From the IMG/VR virus record IMGVR_UViG_3300020045_002765, positions 1 through 36,301 of that record: 36,301 bases of DNA; one strand, written 5' to 3'. How positions within the stretch are numbered: position 1 is the first letter of the stretch; every line of letters starts with the position of its first letter. Below the pieces are notes generated by a model. That model was given only the letters and a program-made list of their open reading frames with translations, was not told the origin of the DNA and did not search any database. The DNA is from a virus (Duplodnaviria > Caudoviricetes). Made by a program: the position numbers and the translations under genes. Positions 1 through 7,924 of the stretch are shown here, piece by piece.

Positions 1-135
1 CTTAGAAAGCAAGTTAAGGAATGCGAGACGTGTTTGCGGATTTGTGATAAGTTAGATTTTTCAGCCGAACCCCGAAGCGAGAACGACCTTACTATAATTG
101 GAACGAATACCCACGTGACGGGTGAAGAAAAATAA
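1..135 (+). CDS. 3' end of a hypothetical protein (partial)
   Basis: Frame 1 is open from base 1 (LRKQVKECETCLRICDK...GEEK) to TAA at 133-135, followed by an A-rich spacer before the next gene. Confidence 0.5.
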   Translation, partial: LRKQVKECETCLRICDKLDFSAEPRSENDLTIIGTNTHVTGEEK

Positions 136-152
136 ATTTTAAAAACAGAAAA

Positions 153-527
153 ATGAGCAAACAAGTAGTAAAAGAAATCACAATTGACAACGTGGTTTAT
201 GTGCCGAAAAGTTTGGTATCAAAAATGTCCCCTCCGATTAAAGGGCTGAAGTTAGTAATGATCCGCACCTATTCGGCAGGTGTGCATTTCGGGTATTTGA
301 AATCCCACAAAGACAAACAAGTCGAATTGGTAAATGCTCGCCGCGTCTGGTATTGGTCGGGGGCTTGTTCGCTTTCTCAATTAGCAATGGAGGGTAGCAA
401 AAAACCAACCGAGTGTAAAATTTCAATGGAAGTCCCGTCAATTATTTTGACGGAGGCCATTGAGATTATTCCAATTGCCGAAGCCGGAAAAACAAACCTT
501 AATTCAATTGCCGTATGGAAGCAGTAG
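153..527 (+). CDS. DUF6948-like small beta-barrel protein
   Basis: Motif VMIRTYSAGVHFGYL...LVNARRVWYWSGACSLSQLA.EG is characteristic of this phage family. Confidence 0.75.
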   Translation: MSKQVVKEITIDNVVYVPKSLVSKMSPPIKGLKLVMIRTYSAGVHFGYLKSHKDKQVELVNARRVWYWSGACSLSQLAMEGSKKPTECKISMEVPSIILTEAIEIIPIAEAGKTNLNSIAVWKQ

Positions 528-682
528 ATATGCGCGGTTCCAGTGACGGTTACGGTGACGGTTACGGTGACGGTTCCGGTTACGGTGACGGTTCCGGTGA
601 CGGTTCCGGTTACGGTGACGGTGACGGTGACGGTTACGGTTCCGGTTACGGTGACGGTTCCGGTGACGGTTCCGGTGAATAA
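515..682 (+). CDS. 55-aa Gly-X repeat peptide (MEAVDMRGSSDGYGDGYGDGSGYGDG...GSGE)
   Basis: ATG at 515 overlaps the end of the upstream gene and TAA is at 680-682. Missed by the ORF track because it is under 60 aa. Confidence 0.65.
   Translation: MEAVDMRGSSDGYGDGYGDGSGYGDGSGDGSGYGDGDGDGYGSGYGDGSGDGSGE
545..679 (+). repeat. Imperfect hexamer tandem repeat GGT(GAC/TAC/TCC)
   Basis: Directly visible: about 22 units of ggttac/ggtgac/ggttcc. Confidence 0.95.
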
Positions 683-739
683 AAAACCAAGTGTTTAAAA
701 CTTTTCAGGCGAGTATAAACCTGATGAGGAAAATTGATT

Positions 740-747
740 TATATTTG
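740..747 (+). promoter_or_regulatory. Bacteroidota housekeeping-sigma -7 element (TATATTTG)
   Basis: Matches TAnnTTTG in the intergenic region upstream of the initiator gene. Confidence 0.6.
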
Positions 748-759
748 CAGATATCTAAA

Positions 760-868
760 ATGCCGTCAATGAAAAATACAACAAAAGTTTTACGATAAGG
801 TTTTAGGGAGGTGTGGTTTTTGGTTTCCTGACGGCTACCATGATACCCCCTCCCGACAAGCCCCTAAA
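760..868 (+). promoter_or_regulatory. Structured 5' leader of the replication gene (uORF, hairpin and loop-complementary element)
   Basis: GCCGTCA (762-768) is complementary to TGACGGC (829-835), which lies in the loop of a GGGAGG/CCTCCC plus TGGT/ACCA stem. A 12-aa uORF spans 760-798. Confidence 0.5.
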
Positions 869-876
869 TTATTTCC

Positions 877-1542
877 ATGTCCGAACGGAAGGGATTTAAC
901 TTTTACGAATCTTACTTTGATGTTTACAGAGAGCTGTCAGCAAAAGACAAAATTCTATTCATGGACGCACTATTGAATAAGCAGTTTTTTGGAATAGACC
1001 CAACTCACCTAACAGGCATGGCGCATTTTGCGTGGACATCTCAAAAGCATTCTATAAATCAACAGGTTAAAGGATGGGAAGATAAGGCAGGACACAAACT
1101 ACACCCCCCTTCGGTAGGGGAGTCTGACTCCCCTTGCCTACAAGAGAAAGAGGAAGGGAAAGAGAAAGTACAAGGGGAAGAGCAACAGGTGGTATATCCT
1201 TTTTCGAGTGGGGGATTTTTAAAATACTGGGAGGTTTGGAAGGATTACAAAAGGGATCAATTTGGGTTCACGTTCAAAACACCCACATCAGAACAAGCGG
1301 CATTAAAAAAACTGGTTGAACTATCGGGAGGTTCTGAGGGTATTGCTGTTCAGATTATCGAGCAAAGCATGGCAAACGGGTGGAAGGGATTTTTTGAATT
1401 AAAAACAACGTCAGATGGAAAATCAGAAAAACGGAATCCTCAAATTTCAGACGCTTACCGTGAGGGAATTTTGCGAGACCTACAAGCCGGAGTCGATCAT
1501 GCGAACGATGTCAGAAATAAACACGATGAGCAAAGCCATTAA
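877..1542 (+). CDS. Phage replication initiator / replisome organizer (DUF6291-like N-terminus)
   Basis: N-terminal RKGFNFYESY...L...D...F.DAL, an EKE-rich linker, and C-terminal W..YK...IIEQSMANGWKGFF typical of phage initiators. Confidence 0.7.
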   Translation: MSERKGFNFYESYFDVYRELSAKDKILFMDALLNKQFFGIDPTHLTGMAHFAWTSQKHSINQQVKGWEDKAGHKLHPPSVGESDSPCLQEKEEGKEKVQGEEQQVVYPFSSGGFLKYWEVWKDYKRDQFGFTFKTPTSEQAALKKLVELSGGSEGIAVQIIEQSMANGWKGFFELKTTSDGKSEKRNPQISDAYREGILRDLQAGVDHANDVRNKHDEQSH

Positions 1543-1984
1543 AGCCAAAACGCCAAGCATAGGTTTGATGCGCCGCACTTTCGGCAATGCCGGCGCAGAG
1601 GCTTTAATAAAACTTTGGGTACTGAACCTAATAGAATCTTTGGGTGTTAAGCGATCAATGAGTGAAAGTCAAATCGACGAAACCGCCTTTACGATCGTTC
1701 AGGATTTTCCGCACGTAACTATTGCGGACGTGAATCTGATTTTTAAGGGAATGAAAACAGGTGCTTATGGAGAGTTTTACGAGAACATCAACATGGCAAA
1801 GGTCGTTGGAATTTTCAGAAAGTACTTCGAGGAAAGACTTGAAACAGCGGCACAAATGAGTCTCGACGAGCATAGTCAGTTAAAGGAATCTCGCGGAACT
1901 TCAACTACGGATTTGCAACGGGAAAAGGATTTGGAATTTTTAAAATTTAAAGCAAAAACAAATGAAGAAAAAGAAGGATTATGA
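1415..1984 (+). CDS. DUF6633-like putative helicase loader / replication accessory protein (true start may be further downstream)
   Basis: PSI..MRR.FG...IKLW, QIDETA..I...F, K.G.YGEFY motifs, immediately after the initiator gene. Confidence 0.55.
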   Translation: MENQKNGILKFQTLTVREFCETYKPESIMRTMSEINTMSKAIKAKTPSIGLMRRTFGNAGAEALIKLWVLNLIESLGVKRSMSESQIDETAFTIVQDFPHVTIADVNLIFKGMKTGAYGEFYENINMAKVVGIFRKYFEERLETAAQMSLDEHSQLKESRGTSTTDLQREKDLEFLKFKAKTNEEKEGL

Positions 1985-2295
1985 GCAAGACAGCGGAAGA
2001 AACATTTATTGAAAAACAATTAGGAATTAGCGTTCAACAGGGATTTCGATTACACGACCTTAATTACAGGGTTCCTACAGCAACAGTAGAAATATTGTTA
2101 AGAGAATACTCCACCCAACAAAACGCCTCCCTGAAAGCAGAGAACGAAGAACTGAAACAAGCCTTAAATGATAGCATGAGTTTAATGAAACAGGATTTGC
2201 ATTTCAGAACTAAAAATGGTTTTACCGGCGGGTTGATTTTTCTAAAAAGCCAGATACAGACCAATGAGGAACTTTTAAAGAAACACGGACACTAA
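1981..2295 (+). CDS. Hypothetical protein with coiled coil
   Basis: ATGA overlap with the upstream gene; sits within the operon. Confidence 0.65.
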   Translation: MSKTAEETFIEKQLGISVQQGFRLHDLNYRVPTATVEILLREYSTQQNASLKAENEELKQALNDSMSLMKQDLHFRTKNGFTGGLIFLKSQIQTNEELLKKHGH

Positions 2296-2297
2296 TT

Positions 2298-2711
2298 ATG
2301 AAGTTCACTGCCCAAATAACGCCACAGAATAAAATCGTGCCTTTGTACGACAGCGATTACGAAGTCCTGAAAAAACTACGTAAAAATACCGAGTTACAAT
2401 TCGAGGTAAAGCAAGTGAGAAACCCTGCTTTTCATCGCAAGTTCATGGCCTTAGTTCAAATGGTTTTTGCAAATCAGGAAATCTACACCGACATTGATTC
2501 ATTGCGTTACGACTTAACAATTGAGGCGGGATTCTGGAATGAACACGTAGATTTTAACGGAGAGGTAAGGCGCACCGCAAAGAGCATTAGTTTTAGCAGC
2601 ATGGACGAAACAGAATTTTCGGCCCTGTACGAGCAGTTCTGTCATACGATAGTAAGAATTTTGAAGTGGGACAGGAATGATATTGAGGAGAATTTGGAGA
2701 GTTTTTTATAA
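2298..2711 (+). CDS. DUF1367 family (NinB-like) protein
   Basis: RNPAFHRKFMAL...L.IEAG....KSISFSSMDETEF..LY motifs. Confidence 0.75.
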   Translation: MKFTAQITPQNKIVPLYDSDYEVLKKLRKNTELQFEVKQVRNPAFHRKFMALVQMVFANQEIYTDIDSLRYDLTIEAGFWNEHVDFNGEVRRTAKSISFSSMDETEFSALYEQFCHTIVRILKWDRNDIEENLESFL

Positions 2712-2834
2712 CGGTTCGTGGCTTGACGCAGGTGGGAAATATAAGCCCAAATAATTAAATTAATAACAAAAAATTAAAACACGCCTTATGACTGAATTAA
2801 AGACCGATGCCCACTTGCTTCAAACCACTGTTAT
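2708..2834. mobile_element. attC-like imperfect hairpin (ATAAC...GTTAT) upstream of the methyltransferase
   Basis: Left arm ATAAC-GGTTC-GTGGCTTGACGCAGGTGGG (2708-2736) pairs with right arm CCCACTTGCTTCAAACCAC-T-GTTAT (2810-2834). Confidence 0.65.
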
Positions 2835-3609
2835 GGTTAGTGCGGTTGATAACCTTAAACTACTTTTATCGCAACCTGATGAAAGTGTAGATTTGATTTA
2901 CTGCGATATTCTTTATGGAACGGGGAGAAATTTCGGTGATTACCAAGATTTAAAACCGATTAGAAGCGAAATAGAAGCACATTACTTACCAAGATTAAAG
3001 GAAATGAAACGAGTATTGAAACCAACAGGAAGTATTTATTTGCAAATGGACACAAAAATAAATCATTGGATTAGGTGCATAATGGACGATATTTTTGGAT
3101 ATGAAAGAATGTTGAATGAAATTATTTGGTGCTATCGCTCACAAGGATTTAATAAAAATAAATGGAGTGAGAAACACGATGTAATATTACTTTACTCTAA
3201 AAGCAAAGATTGGACTTTTAATTTAGAAGCAATTAGAGAAAGCGATATTGGAGAAAGCACTCAAAAAAGATGGCATAAAGAAATAGCTGAACACGGACTT
3301 ATTCCAACCACAAAAAACGGAAAGGTTTATTGGAATAGCCCTTATTCTCCACCTAAAGATTGGATAAATATAAATGCTTTGCCACAAGCTCATTCTGAAC
3401 GAAATGGATATGATACGCAAAAGCCAAAAGAATTGATTGCTAAATTTATAAAAGCAAGTTCAAATGAAGGAGATACCGTTGCAGATTATTATTTAGGCAG
3501 TGGTACAACCGCAGTAGTTTGTAAAGAATTGAATCGAAACTTTATAGGTTGCGACATTAATGCAAAAGCTATTGAAATAACAAATGCTCGTTTAGATGCA
3601 GTTTCATAG
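2788..3609 (+). CDS. N6-adenine/N4-cytosine DNA methyltransferase (beta class) with an atypical DILY motif
   Basis: SVDLIYCDILY (motif IV position), RVLKPTGSIY, NEIIW, TQKP, DYYLGSGTT (motif I), R.FIG.DIN. Confidence 0.9.
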   Translation: MTELKTDAHLLQTTVMVSAVDNLKLLLSQPDESVDLIYCDILYGTGRNFGDYQDLKPIRSEIEAHYLPRLKEMKRVLKPTGSIYLQMDTKINHWIRCIMDDIFGYERMLNEIIWCYRSQGFNKNKWSEKHDVILLYSKSKDWTFNLEAIRESDIGESTQKRWHKEIAEHGLIPTTKNGKVYWNSPYSPPKDWININALPQAHSERNGYDTQKPKELIAKFIKASSNEGDTVADYYLGSGTTAVVCKELNRNFIGCDINAKAIEITNARLDAVS

Positions 3610-3622
3610 CATTAACCATAAC
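2830..3622. mobile_element. Cassette-like unit bounded by 14-bp inverted repeats
   Basis: GTTATGGTTAGTGC (2830-2843) versus GCATTAACCATAAC (3609-3622), 13/14 complementary, bracketing the MTase body. Confidence 0.65.
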
Positions 3623-3655
3623 TACTGGATTGGCGCAACGATTGTACGGCCATAA

Positions 3656-3850
3656 ATGAAGGTTCTTACTGAAACATACAGAGTTAAACTTTCACGATCG
3701 GACAGGCAAATGCTGAACGAACTAAGGCGTTTTAGAATCGTGCCGGCAAAGTTTGTCAGGCAGGCCATTCGCGATAAGATTCAAAAGGAACTTCCGGTAT
3801 TAATTCAGGAGGAAAAACGCAGGCTTTCAAAAGACCATTGCCCGTTTTAA
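3656..3850 (+). CDS. Small ribbon-helix-helix-like DNA-binding protein
   Basis: YRVKLS strand followed by two helices (…FVRQAIRDKI); last gene of the + block. Confidence 0.55.
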   Translation: MKVLTETYRVKLSRSDRQMLNELRRFRIVPAKFVRQAIRDKIQKELPVLIQEEKRRLSKDHCPF

Positions 3851-4209
3851 TCCTTCGCAATCAAAATCAAAGTCTCAAATATCGCAACACCGCCAACATT
3901 AAACGCAACTAACTTCCAAACGTTCTTGCCTCGTTTAAATCGGTTTAGTTTGTTCGATAATTCATTAACTGCCTTATCAGCGACTTCCAGTTGATCGGTT
4001 TTTAATTTAACCACAGCGGTCAGGGATTTGATTTTATCCTCCCTGTTTTCCAAAAGCGAATCACAAAGCCAGCCCGTCTCTGCCAGTTTCAAAATCTCTT
4101 TGTAATCGGAAATTTTGAGACAGATTGTGTCAGCGTCTTGCCCGTGCGAGGAGGCTCCCGGTAATACCGCGCAAACCGTCAGTAGAACTGGTAGTATCAA
4201 TTGTTTCAT
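3847..4209 (-). CDS. Lysis-cassette exported/membrane protein (spanin-like)
   Basis: N-terminal signal-like hydrophobic segment, coiled coil and C-terminal hydrophobic helix; overlaps the upstream spanin-like gene. Confidence 0.5.
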   Translation of the reverse strand: MKQLILPVLLTVCAVLPGASSHGQDADTICLKISDYKEILKLAETGWLCDSLLENREDKIKSLTAVVKLKTDQLEVADKAVNELSNKLNRFKRGKNVWKLVAFNVGGVAIFETLILIAKD

Positions 4210-4435
4210 GGCGTATAATTAAAGTGGTGTCAAGTTGTGAAAATGCTTTATCTAGGCTGTCAATCGTTTTGCCTTGATCGTTGATTTGATCCTGAAGGTC
4301 GTTGATTTCTTGGCGGTATTTTTCTGCGTTATCAACTGGCTCAGAGTAGAACTTGTCGAAGATCAGCCACGCCAAAGCAAGGATAATAATTACCTTGATA
4401 ACATTTGACCATGTGAACCAGTTGGCTTTTATCAT
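4130..4435 (-). CDS. i-spanin-like protein
   Basis: N-terminal TM helix plus coiled coil, directly after the endolysin. Confidence 0.55.
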   Translation of the reverse strand: MIKANWFTWSNVIKVIIILALAWLIFDKFYSEPVDNAEKYRQEINDLQDQINDQGKTIDSLDKAFSQLDTTLIIRHETIDTTSSTDGLRGITGSLLARARR

Positions 4436-4845
4436 GGATTAATTATTTTTATAGATGACCAGCCACCTCTCGTGCCGAGGTGTGTCCACGTTGGAGTGTG
4501 TAGATTGTTTTCAATTTCCCTCACCCCCAAAGCGTACAACTCAGTAGAATGAGCAAGACACCAACCGTAGACCTCTTTAGCCGTCATGCCTTTTACCTTA
4601 ATATCAATGGCTTTACCTTCCTTATGCGCTGATTTTTTTGCTCCGGTCTTGGTATTTATATCCCTCAATCCAGATTCTTTGTACTGACCTCCCGTTGCGT
4701 AGTTGTTGATCGTTACAGGCATCCCGATTGTGTCCCTTATCCACTGAGCAATGATGACCAGTTTCGGATCAACTTCCGCGAAGTCACCACCGGGATAAAC
4801 GAACTCGTCAGCGAAAAAACTTCTTGATACCTTGATTCTTTCCAT
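4432..4845 (-). CDS. Endolysin, peptidase M15 family
   Basis: SG.R, SAH..GKAIDI and W.H.G zinc-binding motifs. Confidence 0.85.
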   Translation of the reverse strand: MERIKVSRSFFADEFVYPGGDFAEVDPKLVIIAQWIRDTIGMPVTINNYATGGQYKESGLRDINTKTGAKKSAHKEGKAIDIKVKGMTAKEVYGWCLAHSTELYALGVREIENNLHTPTWTHLGTRGGWSSIKIINP

Positions 4846-5033
4846 TATTTCTTTGTTTCGCTTAATTTCTTCTGAGCCACCTTACCACCATAAGCAAGGG
4901 TTAAGATTCCTAAATAACCTGCCCATTCCGTAGGGTGCAGCCACGCCATTCCTAACGCGCTTACACAACACAGGAACGCCATTAATCGCGTCATGCTTAA
5001 CTGGCCTGTCTCATCACAAAAGAACTGTTTCAT
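4845..5033 (-). CDS. Holin (2 TM)
   Basis: D..G.LSMTRL motif, two hydrophobic helices, basic C-terminus, adjacent to the endolysin. Confidence 0.7.
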   Translation of the reverse strand: MKQFFCDETGQLSMTRLMAFLCCVSALGMAWLHPTEWAGYLGILTLAYGGKVAQKKLSETKK

Positions 5034-5377
5034 GCTACTTGTTTTTTGCCTCGTGAACGTATTACTTCCAATTTTTTCAGCCTCTTATCATGCTCATCCG
5101 CCTTGTCGTGTAAGTACTTCAGTTCCTCAACTATCACAGTTAGGGCTGTCATCATTTCCTCCTGTCTCTTATTGGAAGTCTCAATCAATTCCGTAAGTGG
5201 ATTCACGATTGATAAGGTCATTTTATTAACCTCCTTTGCAAAGGCCTTGCGAATATAATTCGCCAGAATAGGCACAACACCAACGGCTAGGCCAATCAAA
5301 GAATACAAAACGCCACTGTGCTCTGACGCGGCATTAGCCAAACTGTCGGATAGTATTTTGATTTCCTCTGGTGTCAT
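5030..5377 (-). CDS. Membrane protein with coiled coil (holin/antiholin-like)
   Basis: Single TM helix and C-terminal coiled coil in the lysis cassette. Confidence 0.55.
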   Translation of the reverse strand: MTPEEIKILSDSLANAASEHSGVLYSLIGLAVGVVPILANYIRKAFAKEVNKMTLSIVNPLTELIETSNKRQEEMMTALTVIVEELKYLHDKADEHDKRLKKLEVIRSRGKKQVA

Positions 5378-5535
5378 TCTTCAGTGTATTCTGGTTTGAT
5401 TTGGGTAATGACTTCACCTCCTAATTCGTAACACTCGACAAGGACAACAACGCCTTTTTCGATGTACTCAATGTTTTTCTTTGGGATATTCTTACCCTTG
5501 ATTTTTACCGTTGCGTCAACTATTCTATACTTCAT
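5374..5535 (-). CDS. 53-aa hypothetical protein (MKYRIVDATVKIKGK...EYTEE)
   Basis: Fills the gap between neighbours, with an ATGA overlap at 5374-5377. Not in the ORF track. Confidence 0.65.
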   Translation of the reverse strand: MKYRIVDATVKIKGKNIPKKNIEYIEKGVVVLVECYELGGEVITQIKPEYTEE

Positions 5536-5536
5536 A

Positions 5537-6253
5537 TCAATTAAGATTAAACCCTACTTCAATTGAAATTACAATAGATGCTGGATTTGTTACCCAAGTA
5601 GGGCAAATAATATTCACGCCCCACAAATCGTTTGCATTACCAGTCAAAGTGCCACCTGAAAAACAAACCGCATTTGGCATCACTGACCAATCCATCGTTC
5701 CAAAATTATACGTTGTGGCCTGAGTTATATTTGCAACTTGTACAGTTACGGCCTCGCTTGAGCCACCCGTACCTGAAACCGTTATTAAAACGTATGTAGC
5801 TTTTGCCGCATAAGGTAGTCTTATTTGTTTATTTATGTTGTCAGCAGTTCCTGCGGCAAGTGTTGTTATTGGCGAAGGTCTGTAAGTGTTTGCGTCGGCA
5901 GGGTTTAAAACTGACCAGCCAAATTTTACAGAAAAAGCCACAACGTCAACAAGATCAGCAACGGCAGCAGGGTTCAATAATTCCCAATAAGTACCAGTAG
6001 CTTCGTAACGAAGTATCATCGTATATCCCGCTGCACCAGTGTCACCAACTAATAACGTTTGATTACCCCTTGCTTTTATTACTTGCGCCCCTACGGAGTT
6101 TGGATTGAATGTGGGCGTAGTTGTAGTATTTGCCCCCGCCGATACAAGGAATAGAATTTTCTTGTCTACCAGTGTAGGTGCAGGGGAATATGTTGCTGTG
6201 ATTACGTCAACCGTACCTGTCGCATCTGCTGTAAGACCTAGATTTATGTTCAT
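5537..6253 (-). CDS. Tail fibre / receptor-binding-like protein
   Basis: ITATYSPA...F...GANTT..TFNPNSVGA..I motif common in tail fibres; beta-rich C-terminal domain. Confidence 0.6.
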   Translation of the reverse strand: MNINLGLTADATGTVDVITATYSPAPTLVDKKILFLVSAGANTTTTPTFNPNSVGAQVIKARGNQTLLVGDTGAAGYTMILRYEATGTYWELLNPAAVADLVDVVAFSVKFGWSVLNPADANTYRPSPITTLAAGTADNINKQIRLPYAAKATYVLITVSGTGGSSEAVTVQVANITQATTYNFGTMDWSVMPNAVCFSGGTLTGNANDLWGVNIICPTWVTNPASIVISIEVGFNLN

Positions 6254-7326
6254 AATGAAATATTTATTTCCGCTGCCGGGTCAAGTGTTACAATAGATAC
6301 CGATTGATTCAAAACGCCATCAATGTATACGTCTATTGTTGTGTCAGGAAGTTCTAAAGTTCCCTCAGCCAAAACATCAACATCATATGTGTCATTTGAA
6401 TTTGAAACGTTTGAATCTAAAATAGTTCTATTTATCGCGTCCTCTGCCTTTACTGTCTGGCCGTACAAAAGAGTGCCCGCGCTATTCTTTATATTGACCG
6501 TGGAGTCTGTAACGGTTTGACTTGTCGTATCACCTGACGGTGCCGTTTTTGTGTGTAGTGTTGCTCCGGCTGAATCCTTTACCAAGACAGTTCCGTCTGG
6601 TGCCGTGACTTCTTTTACTGAGGCTGTGTTGGTTCCTAAAGTCCCAACCGAGGTGCCTAGCGTATTCTTTACATTGAAATCTGAAGGGTCTGCCGTTAAA
6701 GGAACCCCAGTATCAACTCCGTTGAAATCAATTCCGATTGAGCCGCTTGATGTCTCGTAAGAATAAGCACCGCCGCTTGCAATGGTCGCAACCAAAATAT
6801 CATTCTCGTAAATAAACACCGGAGCGCAGTTGCTCGGTGGGGCATCAACTCCCGTCATCGGAATTATACACGAGTTGTAAGAGTATGCCTGTCTGAATCG
6901 AATGTCAATATAACACCCTGTTAGACGATCTTCAATAGCATCCTCTAGTGTTTCGCGCGGTGCCGTTTTGTCAATGTTGAGCGTGTCGTAATTGTGATCC
7001 TGAACCCAATAAGCTAAAAAGTCTTTAGCACATTGCATCATGTCGGACTTAACTTCGTTGACGTTGGTAGATAAGATTTCCCCTTCAGTTTCTTTGTTTG
7101 TTGCGACAGTTCCCAAAAAATAAACCCGAAAACCAAATACCTCCACGCCTGTCTCAATAGGCATAGATTTATCCTCCATCCACATTAACGGATACTTGTA
7201 GGTCTCCGTCTGGTTGTGGAGGGCAATGTCAAACGGTTGGCCGTTGCCGAAGTTTTTTAGAACTTTGTGAGCCGTTGCAAACGCTTGACTTGCTTGAATT
7301 ATTTGATTGTACGTTTTTGACGTCAT
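6250..7326 (-). CDS. Tail terminator-like protein with repetitive beta-rich C-terminal extension
   Basis: YPLMW...F.F.VYF N-terminal domain following the adaptor gene; C-terminal repeats of about 30 aa. Confidence 0.5.
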   Translation of the reverse strand: MTSKTYNQIIQASQAFATAHKVLKNFGNGQPFDIALHNQTETYKYPLMWMEDKSMPIETGVEVFGFRVYFLGTVATNKETEGEILSTNVNEVKSDMMQCAKDFLAYWVQDHNYDTLNIDKTAPRETLEDAIEDRLTGCYIDIRFRQAYSYNSCIIPMTGVDAPPSNCAPVFIYENDILVATIASGGAYSYETSSGSIGIDFNGVDTGVPLTADPSDFNVKNTLGTSVGTLGTNTASVKEVTAPDGTVLVKDSAGATLHTKTAPSGDTTSQTVTDSTVNIKNSAGTLLYGQTVKAEDAINRTILDSNVSNSNDTYDVDVLAEGTLELPDTTIDVYIDGVLNQSVSIVTLDPAAEINISL

Positions 7327-7371
7327 AATACTTTGCCAACTTCTTATCTATTTTTGTAAAGTCTCTTTGCT

Positions 7372-7923
7372 TCATGGAAAATCAAATCCGTTTGAATGCT
7401 TCATCCTTCCCCGTCCGAGATAAACCGAAACGCTTGGGCTAGTGTCTCGCGCCCTTACTTGATCTGAAGTAGTGTAAGTTTGGTACAGCGGGAACAGTGT
7501 TGCGTTAGCACACAAATAATCCTCTAGTCTTTGCGAGAAATATTCTGCGCGAGGTTTGTAGTAGTCCTTCAAATACCTGTGTTCTACATAGTCAATAGGC
7601 TGTGAATTATCGCTCGAAGATTTCCCTACTGATTTATTTCGGAAATTGTAAAGCATTGGTACTTGTGCTTCATGCATTGTCCACGCCAGTAAAGCGTCCG
7701 AAATGTAAGACTCAACTAAAGTCAGGTTGTCACCCGCCAAAGTTGAAGCAATGACATCGGCCATCAAATCATTGAACAAAGGAGTGCCGATTGATTTTTC
7801 AATGTAGGCTTTCTGACACCACCATACAGTAGGTAGTAATTTTTTAACATCAACGTTATCGTCAATCTCAGCGTTGTTCTTGATGTATTTTTCCGATATG
7901 AAAAGCGCGCGCGTCTGTGCCAT
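7372..7923 (-). CDS. Head-tail adaptor (DUF6712-like)
   Basis: ALFISE..IK....I..NVD...L......Q...I...IGT.L motif directly after the portal. Confidence 0.65.
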   Translation of the reverse strand: MAQTRALFISEKYIKNNAEIDDNVDVKKLLPTVWWCQKAYIEKSIGTPLFNDLMADVIASTLAGDNLTLVESYISDALLAWTMHEAQVPMLYNFRNKSVGKSSSDNSQPIDYVEHRYLKDYYKPRAEYFSQRLEDYLCANATLFPLYQTYTTSDQVRARDTSPSVSVYLGRGRMKHSNGFDFP

Positions 7924-7924
7924 G

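Noticed and set aside
545-679. CRISPR array or DGR template/variable repeat
   Set aside because: It is a simple hexamer repeat without spacers; there are no cas or reverse transcriptase genes, and I found no second copy.
704-735. Hammerhead core CTGATGA
   Set aside because: There is no stem II/GAAA partner; it is only a short TCAGG/CCTGA hairpin.
7229-7375. 48-aa ORF coupled to the adaptor stop (MKQRDFTKIDKKLAKYY...)
   Set aside because: The ATGA overlap is suggestive, but two thirds of it overlaps the next gene, so it is too weak to call.
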